Of a stretch of DNA of 64,000 nt, positions 8,951-18,855 are shown one piece after another (position 1 is the first letter of the stretch; every line of letters starts with the position of its first letter). Source of the stretch: Salinivirgaceae bacterium (GTDB lineage Bacteria; Bacteroidota; Bacteroidia; Bacteroidales; SZUA-534); NCBI GenBank assembly GCA_050251815.1, contig JBFWMB010000005.1, forward strand, positions 17,787 through 81,786, in the 5' to 3' direction. The notes beneath the pieces are model-generated. The model saw only the letters and a list, made by a program, of their open reading frames with translations, did no database searches and was not told the origin of the DNA. The position numbers and the translations under genes were made by a program.

Positions 8951-9559
8951 ATGAGTATTTTCAATTCATATCCGGCACTTATGGAACCAAATCGTCAACA
9001 AGCCTTTGAACTGCTATTGGAATACAATCAGACACCCGGCTTAATAAAACACGCGCTCGCTGTGGAAGCTACCATGCGCCATTTTGCCCGCCATTTTGGC
9101 GAAGATGAAGAGCTTTGGGGAATCATCGGGTTAATTCACGATTTGGATTACGAAAAATATCCCGAGCAACATTGCCAGATGACTGAAAAAATACTGCGCG
9201 AAAACCATTGGCCGGAGTCTCATATCCGAGCAGTTCTGAGTCACGCCTGGGAATCTTGTACCGATATAAAACCCGAAACGCTGCTTGAAAGAACACTCTA
9301 CACCATCGACGAGTTAACCGGACTGGTAACTACTTCGGCGCTGGTACGTCCATCGAAAAGTATTCTCGATATGAATGCCAAATCGGTTAAAAAGAAATGG
9401 AACGACAAGCGCTTTGCTGCAAAAATTGATCGCTCAATAATTGAAAAGGGGGCTCAACTGATGGCGATGGATTTAACCGAGATTATTACCCTTACGATAC
9501 AGGGCATGGCTAAAATTGCCGATCAATTGGAACTCGACGGGCGCCTGGCACAGGAATAA
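8951..9559 (+). CDS. HD-domain (HDIG) hydrolase
   Basis: KHALAVE, GLIHDLDYE, DELTGL and RPSKS motifs. Confidence 0.85.
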   Translation: MSIFNSYPALMEPNRQQAFELLLEYNQTPGLIKHALAVEATMRHFARHFGEDEELWGIIGLIHDLDYEKYPEQHCQMTEKILRENHWPESHIRAVLSHAWESCTDIKPETLLERTLYTIDELTGLVTTSALVRPSKSILDMNAKSVKKKWNDKRFAAKIDRSIIEKGAQLMAMDLTEIITLTIQGMAKIADQLELDGRLAQE

Positions 9560-9574
9560 AATTTAGCTATTCAC

Positions 9575-10864
9575 CTAGTTATATTTAGAGTTAATTACCT
9601 GGTAACCCACCAGGCGATCGTAATTAAGGCTGATATTGCGATGGTAAACCCAAATCAAATAATCATTCTCGGTCTCAAAGTGCGAACCTTCCAACACAGA
9701 TTCATCAGTAGCTTTGGTGTATGTGTCAGCGTAAACAAAAACATAATTATAATACCCCTGTTTTAAAAGTATCCGGGCTTGATAGGTTTTTGTATCAAAA
9801 TTGTAAGACAACTCATTTTCGGGCTGCAATTGCCAGTGATTAAAACTCCCATAAACAAATAGTTTTCCACTCAGCATCGGTTCGGGCATAAGCAAATCAA
9901 AATGCACCCAGGCATAATCGGCCGATTTCCATGAATCCTCGCTGGAATTAAGATTGATAAGATATTTTCCATTCATATCCTCTTCCCAAAAATAATGTTT
10001 ATAACTGCGCCTTTCATGCATTTTAACCTGCACATGATATATGGAATCTACATACGCCACCTGATTAATATTAAGCCCGCCCCGATGTATGTCGGAAAAA
10101 TTTATAAGGTAATACTCGTTTCCTCCTTTAAAAACCTGCTGACCCGAAAAACCATACACCAACTCGTTGTCGCGAACAAAGGCTGGTTTCAAATCAGAAA
10201 TTAACCGGTCGGGCCGGTTGTTCTGTGAGATAAGCACCTTTACCTCGTTAAACGGATCGTTTATGGTCAATTGATGATGGATAATACTGAGTTGTACCTC
10301 CTGACTATTGTTACGAACATCGGCTGCAACCGGGCGCTCCACTTTAGCCTGAACCGACACCAAAGGTTCATATACTGAGAAACGAAGCATAAGAACCGTT
10401 TGTTCCGGTTTATCTGATTCGATAACCCTGAAAATATAATTGCCGGAAACCTTGAACTGCACCTCGCTATTCGGCAAATCGACCCGATAATGAACGTAAG
10501 GAATTCTTGTATTTACCGAATAATCGTAATCGTAAATGGCATTCTCGTTAAACCCATCCATAAACTCGTTGGAGAATAATTCAGAAACCGTCCAATCAGC
10601 ATTGCAATGTATAATCTGGTACGAATAATCGACCGCTTCAGAACTCAGATCATCAAAAGAGAAATGCAACAACGCATCACCTTCCAGTTCAATTGCCGGA
10701 TACGATTGTTCGTTTCCTTTTACAAATACCCGTGCAGTTTTTATTGATGGTTTAATTTGCGCGTTTGAATAAACCCCCTCTTTTTGAACGGGTTGTGCAA
10801 ATCCATGGCTCATAAAAAGAAAATAAAATATCCACACAAAAAATTGAGCTCCCAAGGTTTTCAT
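9575..10864 (-). CDS. DUF5103 protein (type IX secretion plug-like)
   Basis: Signal peptide, FSFDDL, HCNADW..S, YVHY, SGNY, GGNEY, LLKQGYYNY and EG.HFETENDY motifs. Confidence 0.8.
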   Translation of the reverse strand: MKTLGAQFFVWIFYFLFMSHGFAQPVQKEGVYSNAQIKPSIKTARVFVKGNEQSYPAIELEGDALLHFSFDDLSSEAVDYSYQIIHCNADWTVSELFSNEFMDGFNENAIYDYDYSVNTRIPYVHYRVDLPNSEVQFKVSGNYIFRVIESDKPEQTVLMLRFSVYEPLVSVQAKVERPVAADVRNNSQEVQLSIIHHQLTINDPFNEVKVLISQNNRPDRLISDLKPAFVRDNELVYGFSGQQVFKGGNEYYLINFSDIHRGGLNINQVAYVDSIYHVQVKMHERRSYKHYFWEEDMNGKYLINLNSSEDSWKSADYAWVHFDLLMPEPMLSGKLFVYGSFNHWQLQPENELSYNFDTKTYQARILLKQGYYNYVFVYADTYTKATDESVLEGSHFETENDYLIWVYHRNISLNYDRLVGYQVINSKYN

Positions 10865-11138
10865 ACTTAATCATTAATTATTCTCCAGCAATATATATTA
10901 ATAAATACAAAAAATAAAAGTGGACTGACACTTCTCTATAAAAAATCGATAAAACCATGAAGCAAACAAAGTAATAGTTTTATAAAATATTTTTTACAAC
11001 ATCAAAAAAAGCGTTTTTCCTGTTCATTCTTGACTGAAAAATAAAAAACCGTTTACCAAAAAAAATGTTAACTATTCACATATTTAGCATTTTAGCTATT
11101 TTAAGTATCCAAAGCGCATACTTACATTTCATCCATAA

Positions 11139-11152
11139 TTGATTTAGATCAA
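11139..11152. promoter_or_regulatory. CRP/FNR-family binding box upstream of nqrA (TTGAT-TTAG-ATCAA)
   Basis: Exact match to TTGAT-N4-ATCAA. A second box, CTGAC-CCAG-GTCAA, lies at 11189-11202. Confidence 0.5.
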
Positions 11153-11228
11153 TAAAAATATGACTTTTACCAATACCAAAACCTGACTCTGACCCAGGTC
11201 AAATTATTTTATAGTGTACATTTTTGGT

Positions 11229-11236
11229 TATCTTTG
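11229..11236 (+). promoter_or_regulatory. Sigma-70 -7 element for the nqr operon (TATCTTTG)
   Basis: TAnnTTTG 30 nt before the nqrA ATG. Confidence 0.6.
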
Positions 11237-11266
11237 TCTGAATTTTATTAAACATATCACCGCAAT

Positions 11267-12625
11267 ATGCCACATAAAATAAAAACTCGTAAAGGGCTAA
11301 ACATCCCACTAAAGGGAAAGGCCGAAAAGATTTTAATCCAGAGCAATTTAAACGATAGTTTAGTTGCATTAAAACCTACCGATTTTCCATCGTTTACACC
11401 GAAGGCAGCATTGAAAGAGGGCGACAAAGTTCAAGCCGGTTCAGTTTTATTTTTCAATAAATACAAGCCTGAGGTAAAAGTGACTTCACCCGTAAGCGGT
11501 ACGCTTAAGCGTGTGGTTCGTGGCGAACGCAGGAAAATTCTGGAGTTTGTGATTGAGCCTGATGGTAATCAGGACTATGTATCGTTCAACCCCGGTAATT
11601 TAGCTGAATTATCGCGTGAACAAGTTATTAATCTCTTACTGGAATCAGGTGTGTGGCCATTTATCAGGCAACGTCCGTTCGATGTGATTGCCAATCCACA
11701 GGACCAACCGAAAGCCATTTTTATTTCAGGCTTCGACAGTTCACCTTTGGCACCTGACTACGATTTTATACTGAACGATCAGGAAGCCGATTTCCAGAAA
11801 GGTATCGATGCACTTAGCAAGCTCACCACAGGAAAAATTCACTTAACCGTAAACGGAGCTTACCCGGTAAGCAAGGTATACTCATCGGTTAAGGGCGTTG
11901 AGCTAAACAGCATTGCAGGACCACATCCGGCAGGAAACGTTGGTATACAAATGCACCACATCGATCCAATAAATAAAGGTGAAGTAGCCTGGCACGTAAA
12001 TCCACAGGATGTGCTGATTATTGGCCGACTGTTTGCCAAAGGTATTTTTGATGCCAGCAAAACCATTGCCTTAACCGGATCGGAAGTAGAAAAACCCCGC
12101 TATTACAAAACCATTTTAGGAAGCTCCATCGAAGCGTTCGTAAAAGAAAATGTAAGCAAAGAAGGTAACCTGCGTTACATCAGCGGCAACGTGCTTACCG
12201 GCACACGCATAGTAAACGACGGCTATTTGGGATTCTACCACAACCAAATTACAGTGATTCCCGAGGGCGACGACTACGAATTCTTTGGCTGGGCCTTACC
12301 CGGATTCAAAAAATTCAGTACTTCACGCACCTTCTTTTCATGGTTGATGCCAGGTAAGGAATACCGCATGAATGCAAACCTTCACGGGGGTGAACGGCCT
12401 TTTGTCTTCACCGAAGAATACGAGAAAGTACTCCCAATGGATATATTACCCGTTTATTTACTAAAAGCCATTATGGTCGAAGACATTGACCAAATGGAAG
12501 CGTTAGGCATTTATGAAGTAGGCGAAGAGGATTTTGCCCTGTGCGAATTCAATTGTACCTCAAAAATTCCGGTTCAGCAAACCCTGCGCAAAGGATTTGA
12601 TTTAATGATCCGCGAAACCAGCTAA
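11267..12625 (+). CDS. nqrA: Na+-translocating NADH:quinone reductase subunit A
   Basis: KGLNIPLKG, SPVSG, RQRPF, GPHPAGNVG and C...C.SKI motifs; first gene of the operon. Confidence 0.96.
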   Translation: MPHKIKTRKGLNIPLKGKAEKILIQSNLNDSLVALKPTDFPSFTPKAALKEGDKVQAGSVLFFNKYKPEVKVTSPVSGTLKRVVRGERRKILEFVIEPDGNQDYVSFNPGNLAELSREQVINLLLESGVWPFIRQRPFDVIANPQDQPKAIFISGFDSSPLAPDYDFILNDQEADFQKGIDALSKLTTGKIHLTVNGAYPVSKVYSSVKGVELNSIAGPHPAGNVGIQMHHIDPINKGEVAWHVNPQDVLIIGRLFAKGIFDASKTIALTGSEVEKPRYYKTILGSSIEAFVKENVSKEGNLRYISGNVLTGTRIVNDGYLGFYHNQITVIPEGDDYEFFGWALPGFKKFSTSRTFFSWLMPGKEYRMNANLHGGERPFVFTEEYEKVLPMDILPVYLLKAIMVEDIDQMEALGIYEVGEEDFALCEFNCTSKIPVQQTLRKGFDLMIRETS

Positions 12626-12670
12626 GCTTTGTAAATTAAGAATAGTAATAAATACGAAAATATATTTCGA

Positions 12671-13813
12671 ATGAAATCATTAAGAAAACAATTTGATAAA
12701 CTGAAGCCAAATTTTGAAAAGGGCGGCAAACTTGCTCCGTTTCGTTCATTTTTTGACGCTATCGAAACCCTGTTTTTTGTTCCCAATACAACTTCAAAAA
12801 GCGGGGTCCACATCCACGATCATAAGGACTCCAAACGTCTGATGATAATTGTGGTTTTTGCCATGATTCCCGCTTTACTGTTTGGTATGTGGAACACCGG
12901 CTACCAGCATTTTTTATCGTTGGGTCAGAGTGTTGATATCTGGACTGCCTTTTGGTACGGCTTTTTACAGGTACTGCCAATTATAATTGTATCGTATGCC
13001 GTTGGTTTGGGAATCGAAATTGTAATTGCCCAGATGCGCGGACACGAAGTGAAAGAAGGATTTTTTGTAAGCGGTATGCTTATTCCTTTAATTCTTCCGG
13101 TTGAAACACCGCTTTGGATGGTTGCCGTGGCTACTGCCTTTGCTGTAATTATAGGCGTTGAAGCCTTTGGAGGTGCAGGAATGAACATACTAAACCCGGC
13201 CTTAACAGCCCGTGCATTCCTGTTTTTTGCGTATCCCTCGCATATGAGTGGCGATGCCGTTTGGATTGCCGACAAAGCCGATGGCTTTTCAGGAGCAACT
13301 CCTTTAGCTGAAGCCGCCGCCGGACATATTCAAAACCTGCCAAGCCCAGCCGATATGTTTTTTGGCTTTATTCCGGGTTCCATTGGAGAAACCTCGACCC
13401 TGGCCATACTTATCGGAGCCTTTATTTTAATTTACACCGGTGTAGGAAGCTGGAAAATCATGCTCTCAGTGGGTATTGGTGGTTTGGCAATGGGATTGTT
13501 ATTAAATGCATTGGCAGTAAATCCATTCATGGAACTACCGGCATATTACCATTTACTGATGGGAGGTTTTGCTTTTGGTGCTGTATTTATGGCTACCGAT
13601 CCGGTTACCGCTGCCCAAACCAACCGGGGAAAATACATTTATGGATTCCTCATTGGATTAATGGCCGTGCTTATTCGGGTATTTAACCCTGCGTATCCTG
13701 AAGGTATGATGCTTGCCATTCTACTATTGAACGTGTTTGCACCGCTAATTGATCACTACGTTGTTCAGGGAAATATTAAGAGAAGATTAAAACGTGCATC
13801 AGTTAAAGCTTAA
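12671..13813 (+). CDS. nqrB: Na+-NQR subunit B
   Basis: FGG.GMNILNPAL, SGAT FMN site, GSIGETS and MATDPVT motifs. Confidence 0.96.
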   Translation: MKSLRKQFDKLKPNFEKGGKLAPFRSFFDAIETLFFVPNTTSKSGVHIHDHKDSKRLMIIVVFAMIPALLFGMWNTGYQHFLSLGQSVDIWTAFWYGFLQVLPIIIVSYAVGLGIEIVIAQMRGHEVKEGFFVSGMLIPLILPVETPLWMVAVATAFAVIIGVEAFGGAGMNILNPALTARAFLFFAYPSHMSGDAVWIADKADGFSGATPLAEAAAGHIQNLPSPADMFFGFIPGSIGETSTLAILIGAFILIYTGVGSWKIMLSVGIGGLAMGLLLNALAVNPFMELPAYYHLLMGGFAFGAVFMATDPVTAAQTNRGKYIYGFLIGLMAVLIRVFNPAYPEGMMLAILLLNVFAPLIDHYVVQGNIKRRLKRASVKA

Positions 13814-13818
13814 GAATT

Positions 13819-14541
13819 ATGGATACAAACAGTAATAAATATACGTTCATGTATGCCGCAATTATGGTTATTATAGCGGCTGCCATTCTTTCGAGCGCGG
13901 CAATTGTTCTCAAAAAACCGCAACAAAAGAATGTTGAAATTGAAAAGAAATCGAACATCCTGACTTCGGTGAACAAAGGCTTGGATGCTGCCAATGCTGC
14001 CGACAAAAACGCTTACATTGAAGCAGAATACGAGAAATACATTACCGAAAGTTATATTGTTAATGCTGCGGGTGAACGCATCGAAGGGGATGCTTTTACC
14101 ATTGACTTAAACAAAGAATTGGCCGAAGCAGATGCTAATAAGCGATTACCGGTATTTGTATGCCACGATGATGACGGAAGTGTGAAATATGTATTACCTG
14201 TGCGTGGAAAAGGACTTTGGGGCCCCATTTGGGGATACATTGCCCTGGAAAGCGACATGAATACCATTTTCGGAGCCAATTTCGACCACAAAGGGGAAAC
14301 CCCTGGTTTGGGAGCCGAAATCAATCAAAAATTCTTTCAGGAACCTTTTAAAGGAGAAAAACTATTCGACGAGACGGGCAAATTTGTTTCGATTCAGGTA
14401 GTAAAAGGTGGAGCTAAACCCGATGACTTGCATGCAGTTGATGCCATTTCGGGGGGAACAATCACCAGTAAAGGTCTTGAAGCCATGCTAAAAGACAATT
14501 TGAGCTTATACGAGAATTTCTTAAAAAATCAAAATAAATAG
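13819..14541 (+). CDS. nqrC: Na+-NQR subunit C
   Basis: [20 protein letters not shown] and [11 protein letters not shown] (FMN site) motifs. Confidence 0.96.
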   Translation: MDTNSNKYTFMYAAIMVIIAAAILSSAAIVLKKPQQKNVEIEKKSNILTSVNKGLDAANAADKNAYIEAEYEKYITESYIVNAAGERIEGDAFTIDLNKELAEADANKRLPVFVCHDDDGSVKYVLPVRGKGLWGPIWGYIALESDMNTIFGANFDHKGETPGLGAEINQKFFQEPFKGEKLFDETGKFVSIQVVKGGAKPDDLHAVDAISGGTITSKGLEAMLKDNLSLYENFLKNQNK

Positions 14542-14543
14542 TT

Positions 14544-15197
14544 ATGAGTGAAAAAGAACCTTTATTTTCACCGAAAAACCGTAAACTGATTTTTAATCCG
14601 CTCAGCAAAGAGAATCCCATTACCGTTCAGGTACTCGGTATATGCTCGGCTTTAGCGGTAACAGTTAAAATGAAACCGGCTTTTGTTATGTCAGTTTCTG
14701 TAATTGCGGTACTTGCGTTAGCCAACGTGATTGTATCCTTACTCCGAAATACCATTCCAAACCGGATACGGATTATTGTACAATTGGTAGTTATCGCCCT
14801 GTTGGTAATTCTGGTCGACCAGATACTAAAGGCTTATGTTTACGATGTTAGTAAGCAATTGTCGGTATTCGTTGGTCTTATTATAACCAACTGTATTATC
14901 ATGGGTCGTTTGGAAGCTTTTGCCCTGGGTAACAAACCCTGGCCCTCGTTCCTCGACGGTATAGGTAATGGTGCCGGTTACGGATTAATATTAATGATTG
15001 TAGCCTTTTTTCGTGAATTGTTCGGGAGTGGAAGCATCTTTGGGTTCCACGTAATTCCCGATGCCTGGTACGTTAAAAACGGTGGATTTTACGAAAACAA
15101 TGGCCTGATGGTGTTGTCGCCCATGGCCTTAATTGTAGTAGGTGTTATTATTTGGGTACACCGCAGTAGAAATAGAGATTTAATCGAAGGAAAATAA
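14544..15197 (+). CDS. nqrD: Na+-NQR subunit D
   Basis: [12 protein letters not shown] and [13 protein letters not shown] motifs. Confidence 0.96.
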   Translation: MSEKEPLFSPKNRKLIFNPLSKENPITVQVLGICSALAVTVKMKPAFVMSVSVIAVLALANVIVSLLRNTIPNRIRIIVQLVVIALLVILVDQILKAYVYDVSKQLSVFVGLIITNCIIMGRLEAFALGNKPWPSFLDGIGNGAGYGLILMIVAFFRELFGSGSIFGFHVIPDAWYVKNGGFYENNGLMVLSPMALIVVGVIIWVHRSRNRDLIEGK

Positions 15198-15206
15198 TAT
15201 AGACTT

Positions 15207-15824
15207 ATGGAAAATTTAGTAAATATATTTGTCAAGTCGATATTTATTGATAACATGATCTTTGCCTACTTCCTGGGCATGTGTTCATACCTTGCAGTTT
15301 CAAAAACTGTAAAAACTTCAGTAGGTTTAGGTTTGGCTGTAATTTTTGTGCTGGGAATCACCGTTCCGGTCGATTACCTGCTACACAATTATGTATTACG
15401 CGAAGGTGCTTTATCATGGTTAGGCGAAGAATTTGCCACCGTTGATTTAAGCTTCTTAAGCTTTATCATGTTTATCGCTGTAATTGCATCTATGGTGCAA
15501 TTGGTCGAGATGATTGTGGAGAAATTTGCTCCATCATTGTATTCGTCGTTAGGAATTTTCCTTCCGCTGATTGCAGTAAACTGTGCCATTCTTGGAGGTT
15601 CGCTGTTTATGCAGGAACGCGATTACAACTCAATTGCCGAAGCTACATCCTTTGGACTGGGTTCAGGTGTGGGTTGGTTCCTGGCCATTATTGGTATTGC
15701 AGCCATACGCGAAAAGATTCGCTACTCTGACGTTCCCGCACCCCTGCGTGGACTAGGCATTACATTTATTATTACCGGACTTATGGGATTGGCTTTCATG
15801 AGTTTTATGGGAATAACATTATAA
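15207..15824 (+). CDS. nqrE: Na+-NQR subunit E
   Basis: [23 protein letters not shown] and LRGLGITF motifs. Confidence 0.96.
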   Translation: MENLVNIFVKSIFIDNMIFAYFLGMCSYLAVSKTVKTSVGLGLAVIFVLGITVPVDYLLHNYVLREGALSWLGEEFATVDLSFLSFIMFIAVIASMVQLVEMIVEKFAPSLYSSLGIFLPLIAVNCAILGGSLFMQERDYNSIAEATSFGLGSGVGWFLAIIGIAAIREKIRYSDVPAPLRGLGITFIITGLMGLAFMSFMGITL

Positions 15825-15843
15825 CACTGAAAAAGATAGTATT

Positions 15844-17103
15844 ATGACGATATTAGCAATCAACGGATTAATCATTGGTTCAAGCATAGCTATTTTCCTG
15901 TTCGTGCTGTTACTGCTGGTTTCTATTTTATTATATGCCAAAAAGAAACTAACTCCAAGTGGCGAGGTAACCATCAACATTAACGACGGCGACCGGGAAC
16001 TGGTAGTTGAACCCGGAAGCACTTTGCTATCGACCCTGGGAAACAATAAAATATTCCTTCCCTCTGCTTGTGGTGGTGGTGGTACTTGTGCCATGTGTAA
16101 ATGCCAGGTAGATGAAGGAGCAGGCTCTATTCTTCCTACTGAAACCGGTTACTTTACACGAAAAGAGCAACAGGACAACTGGCGTCTGGCTTGTCAGGTT
16201 AAGGTAAAAGACAACATTAAAATGCATGTCCACAAAGAGATTCTTGGAATCAAAAAATGGGAATGCGAAGTGGTGTCGAACAACAACGTGGCTACCTTTA
16301 TTAAGGAGTTTGTGGTTAAATTGCCCGAAGGCGAAACCCTCGATTTCAAATCGGGTGGATACATCCAGATTGATGTTCCTAAAATTGAAGTGGACTTTAA
16401 AGACATGGAAATTGGTGAAAAATTCCGTGAAGACTGGGAAAAGATGGGCATTTTCGATTTAAAAATGAAAAACCCGGAACCTACTTTCCGAGCTTACTCC
16501 ATGGCCAATCACCCGGCTGAAGGAAACATTGTAATGTTGAACATTCGTATTGCCACTCCCCCATGGGACCGCAATAAAAACCAGTTTATGAATGTGAACC
16601 CGGGTATTTGTTCTTCGTTTATATTCTCGCGCAAACCCGGCGATAAAGTAACCATTTCAGGGCCTTACGGAGAATTCTTTATCAAGGAAACCGAACGTGA
16701 AATGATGTTTATTGGTGGTGGTGCCGGTATGGCTCCCATGCGCTCACACATCTTCCACTTGTTTAAAACAGCAAAAACCGGACGCAAAACTACTTTCTGG
16801 TACGGTGCCCGTTCCATGAAAGAGGTTTTCTACAAAGAAGAATTTGATGCCATAGCTGCCGAATTCCCAAATTTTGAATGGCACCTGGCCCTTTCGGAAC
16901 CGCTTCCTGAAGATAACTGGCAAGGACCAACCGGATTTATTCATCAGGTAATTTTAGATAATTACCTAACCAAACACGAGGAACCCGAAGATATTGAATA
17001 CTACCTTTGTGGACCTCCAATGATGAACGATGCGGTAAACAAAATGCTTTACAATCTGGGTGTTCCCGATGAAATGATAGCATTCGACGATTTTGGATCA
17101 TAA
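15844..17103 (+). CDS. nqrF: Na+-NQR subunit F
   Basis: SACGGGGTCAMC (2Fe-2S), RAYSMAN, GGGAGMAP, CGPP and DDFG motifs. Confidence 0.97.
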   Translation: MTILAINGLIIGSSIAIFLFVLLLLVSILLYAKKKLTPSGEVTININDGDRELVVEPGSTLLSTLGNNKIFLPSACGGGGTCAMCKCQVDEGAGSILPTETGYFTRKEQQDNWRLACQVKVKDNIKMHVHKEILGIKKWECEVVSNNNVATFIKEFVVKLPEGETLDFKSGGYIQIDVPKIEVDFKDMEIGEKFREDWEKMGIFDLKMKNPEPTFRAYSMANHPAEGNIVMLNIRIATPPWDRNKNQFMNVNPGICSSFIFSRKPGDKVTISGPYGEFFIKETEREMMFIGGGAGMAPMRSHIFHLFKTAKTGRKTTFWYGARSMKEVFYKEEFDAIAAEFPNFEWHLALSEPLPEDNWQGPTGFIHQVILDNYLTKHEEPEDIEYYLCGPPMMNDAVNKMLYNLGVPDEMIAFDDFGS

Positions 17104-17119
17104 TCCAGAACATAAATAC

Positions 17120-17155
17120 AAAAAACCATCTCACGCTGTGCAGATGGTTTTTTTT
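17120..17155 (+). terminator. Intrinsic terminator after nqrF
   Basis: AAAAAACCATCT-cacgctgtgc-AGATGGTTTTTT inverted repeat with a T tract. Confidence 0.8.
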
Positions 17156-17185
17156 GTACTTTTAAGCCCATAAAAACCTATTGCA

Positions 17186-18178
17186 ATGAGATTCTTACTT
17201 ATAACCCTGATTGTACCTATTTTAATAAGTAGCTGTACCCAAAAACCCACGTACATAAAAAACGAAGGGTATGTTTTTGGAACTACCTATCATTTTACTT
17301 ACGAAAGCCAAACCAATTACGAACCGGAACTTAAAGCACTTTTGAACGAATTTAACCGCTCGCTGAGTACATACGACCCAAATTCCATCATTAGTCGCAT
17401 AAATAAAAACGATACCACCGTGGTTGCCGATTCGTTCTTTATGCAATGCTTCGAAAAGTCGATGGAGATTTCTAAAATCACCGATGGGGCTTTTGATTTA
17501 ACCGTGGCTCCTGTGGTTAATGCCTGGGGTTTTGGTTTCGATGAATCGAAAAAAGCCGACTCAGCACTTATTGACAGCCTGATGCGCTCTGTGGGTTACG
17601 AAAAAGTAGTGCTTAAAAATAAAAAAATAATCAAGCAATTTGCGGGAACCATGCTCGATGCAAGCGCTGTTGCCAAAGGTCAGGGCGTTGATGTAGCCGC
17701 TGGCTATCTCGAAAAACAAGGCATCCTGAATTACATGGTCGAAATTGGTGGCGAGGTTCGCGTAAAAGGAACCAATGCAAGCGGAACCTACTGGAAAATC
17801 GGAATCGACAAACCCATTGAAGACCCTACGGCAAGTAATCGGGAATTGCAGGATGTTGTATTACTCACAAATAAAAGCATGGCCACTTCGGGCAACTACC
17901 GGCAATTTTATGAAAAAGACGGGATGATTTATTCGCACACCATCAATCCTAAAACCGGTTATCCGGCCCGTAACAGTTTATTAAGTGCATCGGTAATTGC
18001 TGCTGATTGCATGACTGCCGATGCCTTTGCTACCGCCTTTATGGTGATGGGCATCGATAAAAGCATTGCTTTAAGCAAAGACCTCGATTACCTGGAAGTG
18101 TATTTTATTTATGCCGACTCAAGTAATACCATGCAGACTTTTGCATCGGAAAAGTTTAAGGAGCTTATTGCAAGGTAA
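17186..18178 (+). CDS. apbE: FAD:protein FMN transferase ApbE (lipoprotein)
   Basis: Lipobox ISSC, GAFDLTV, AKGQGVD, EIGGE, ATSGNY, HTINPKTG and ADAFATA motifs; directly after nqrF. Confidence 0.95.
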   Translation: MRFLLITLIVPILISSCTQKPTYIKNEGYVFGTTYHFTYESQTNYEPELKALLNEFNRSLSTYDPNSIISRINKNDTTVVADSFFMQCFEKSMEISKITDGAFDLTVAPVVNAWGFGFDESKKADSALIDSLMRSVGYEKVVLKNKKIIKQFAGTMLDASAVAKGQGVDVAAGYLEKQGILNYMVEIGGEVRVKGTNASGTYWKIGIDKPIEDPTASNRELQDVVLLTNKSMATSGNYRQFYEKDGMIYSHTINPKTGYPARNSLLSASVIAADCMTADAFATAFMVMGIDKSIALSKDLDYLEVYFIYADSSNTMQTFASEKFKELIAR

Positions 18179-18188
18179 TATACTTTTG

Positions 18189-18310
18189 AATTCAAAACAG
18201 GTACTTACCAAATTTAAAAAGGTTCTTACCAATTTAAAAATAGGTCTGGACTAATTTCAAAAAAGGTGCGGAAAAATTTTAAAATAGGTACTTAAGTAAT
18301 TTTACAAGGA
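18189..18310. repeat. Degenerate ~20-23 bp tandem repeat (about 6 units, consensus AATTTnAAAAnAGGTnC...)
   Basis: Units start at 18189, 18211, 18231, 18253, 18275 and 18298. Confidence 0.65.
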
Positions 18311-18349
18311 CCCAATCGGTTTCAATTTATCCCCTGCAATTTTTACAGA

Positions 18350-18378
18350 AAAAAATAGCGCAATAAAAAATTGCGCTA
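18350..18378 (-). terminator. Intrinsic terminator, probably bidirectional, between apbE and the small minus-strand genes
   Basis: TAGCGCAAT-aaaaa-ATTGCGCTA hairpin preceded by an A run (T tract on the minus strand). Confidence 0.7.
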
Positions 18379-18404
18379 CGATTATATAAAAAAATCGATT
18401 TAGC

Positions 18405-18572
18405 TTACGATTCGCAGCTGCTAACGCAACTTCCTGTTTTTCCATCGGGACCGGGAATGGAGCAGCCGCACGATTTTTTTAATTCACGCCCCTCTTTACG
18501 GCTTAAGGTAACGGCAAACAGGCCACCCATCACTAAGGCAAGTATGGCAATGGTTACAAATATCTGAAACAT
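18405..18572 (-). CDS. 55-aa single-TM, 4-Cys protein, NqrM-like
   Basis: Not in the ORF track. Hand translation: MFQIFVTIAILALVMGGLFAVTLSRKEGRELKKSCGCSIPGPDGKTGSCVSSCES*. N-terminal TM segment, K.SCG motif and 4 Cys, adjacent to nqr/apbE. Confidence 0.7.
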   Translation of the reverse strand: MFQIFVTIAILALVMGGLFAVTLSRKEGRELKKSCGCSIPGPDGKTGSCVSSCES

Positions 18573-18633
18573 GTTTTTTTGTTTTAAAGTTATACCTGGT
18601 AAAGGAATAAACCCTGAAATTGTTTAGCAGAAC

Positions 18634-18855
18634 CTACTCTTTTACCACCGATAAACGTTTAAAACGCAATTCTTCTTTAACCTTTTTCTGTTCCAGCTTG
18701 TCCATGGTTTTGGCACAAACAATGCCCAACTTGCGCATATCGCGGTTGTGGCCCACATGCGTTTCCGGAAAACGCTTCTTCCTGAAAACAATATTAAATG
18801 CCATACCCAAAAACGCCAGTCCCAACAATGCTATAGCAAGAAGCACAATTTCCAT
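18634..18855 (-). CDS. Small single-TM conserved hypothetical protein (FPETHVGHN...GI.CA motif)
   Basis: 73 aa with an N-terminal TM segment and a basic tail. TATCTTTG -7 element on the minus strand at 18918-18925. Confidence 0.75.
   Translation of the reverse strand: MEIVLLAIALLGLAFLGMAFNIVFRKKRFPETHVGHNRDMRKLGIVCAKTMDKLEQKKVKEELRFKRLSVVKE

Noticed and set aside
11065-11081. ATGTTAA-CTA-TTCACAT as a Rex or CRP site upstream of nqrA
   Set aside because: Half-site spacing is one base short of both the Rex and the CRP consensus.
18189-18310. Tandem array as a CRISPR array
   Set aside because: The units are degenerate, the variable parts are only 6-8 nt, and there are no cas genes in the window.
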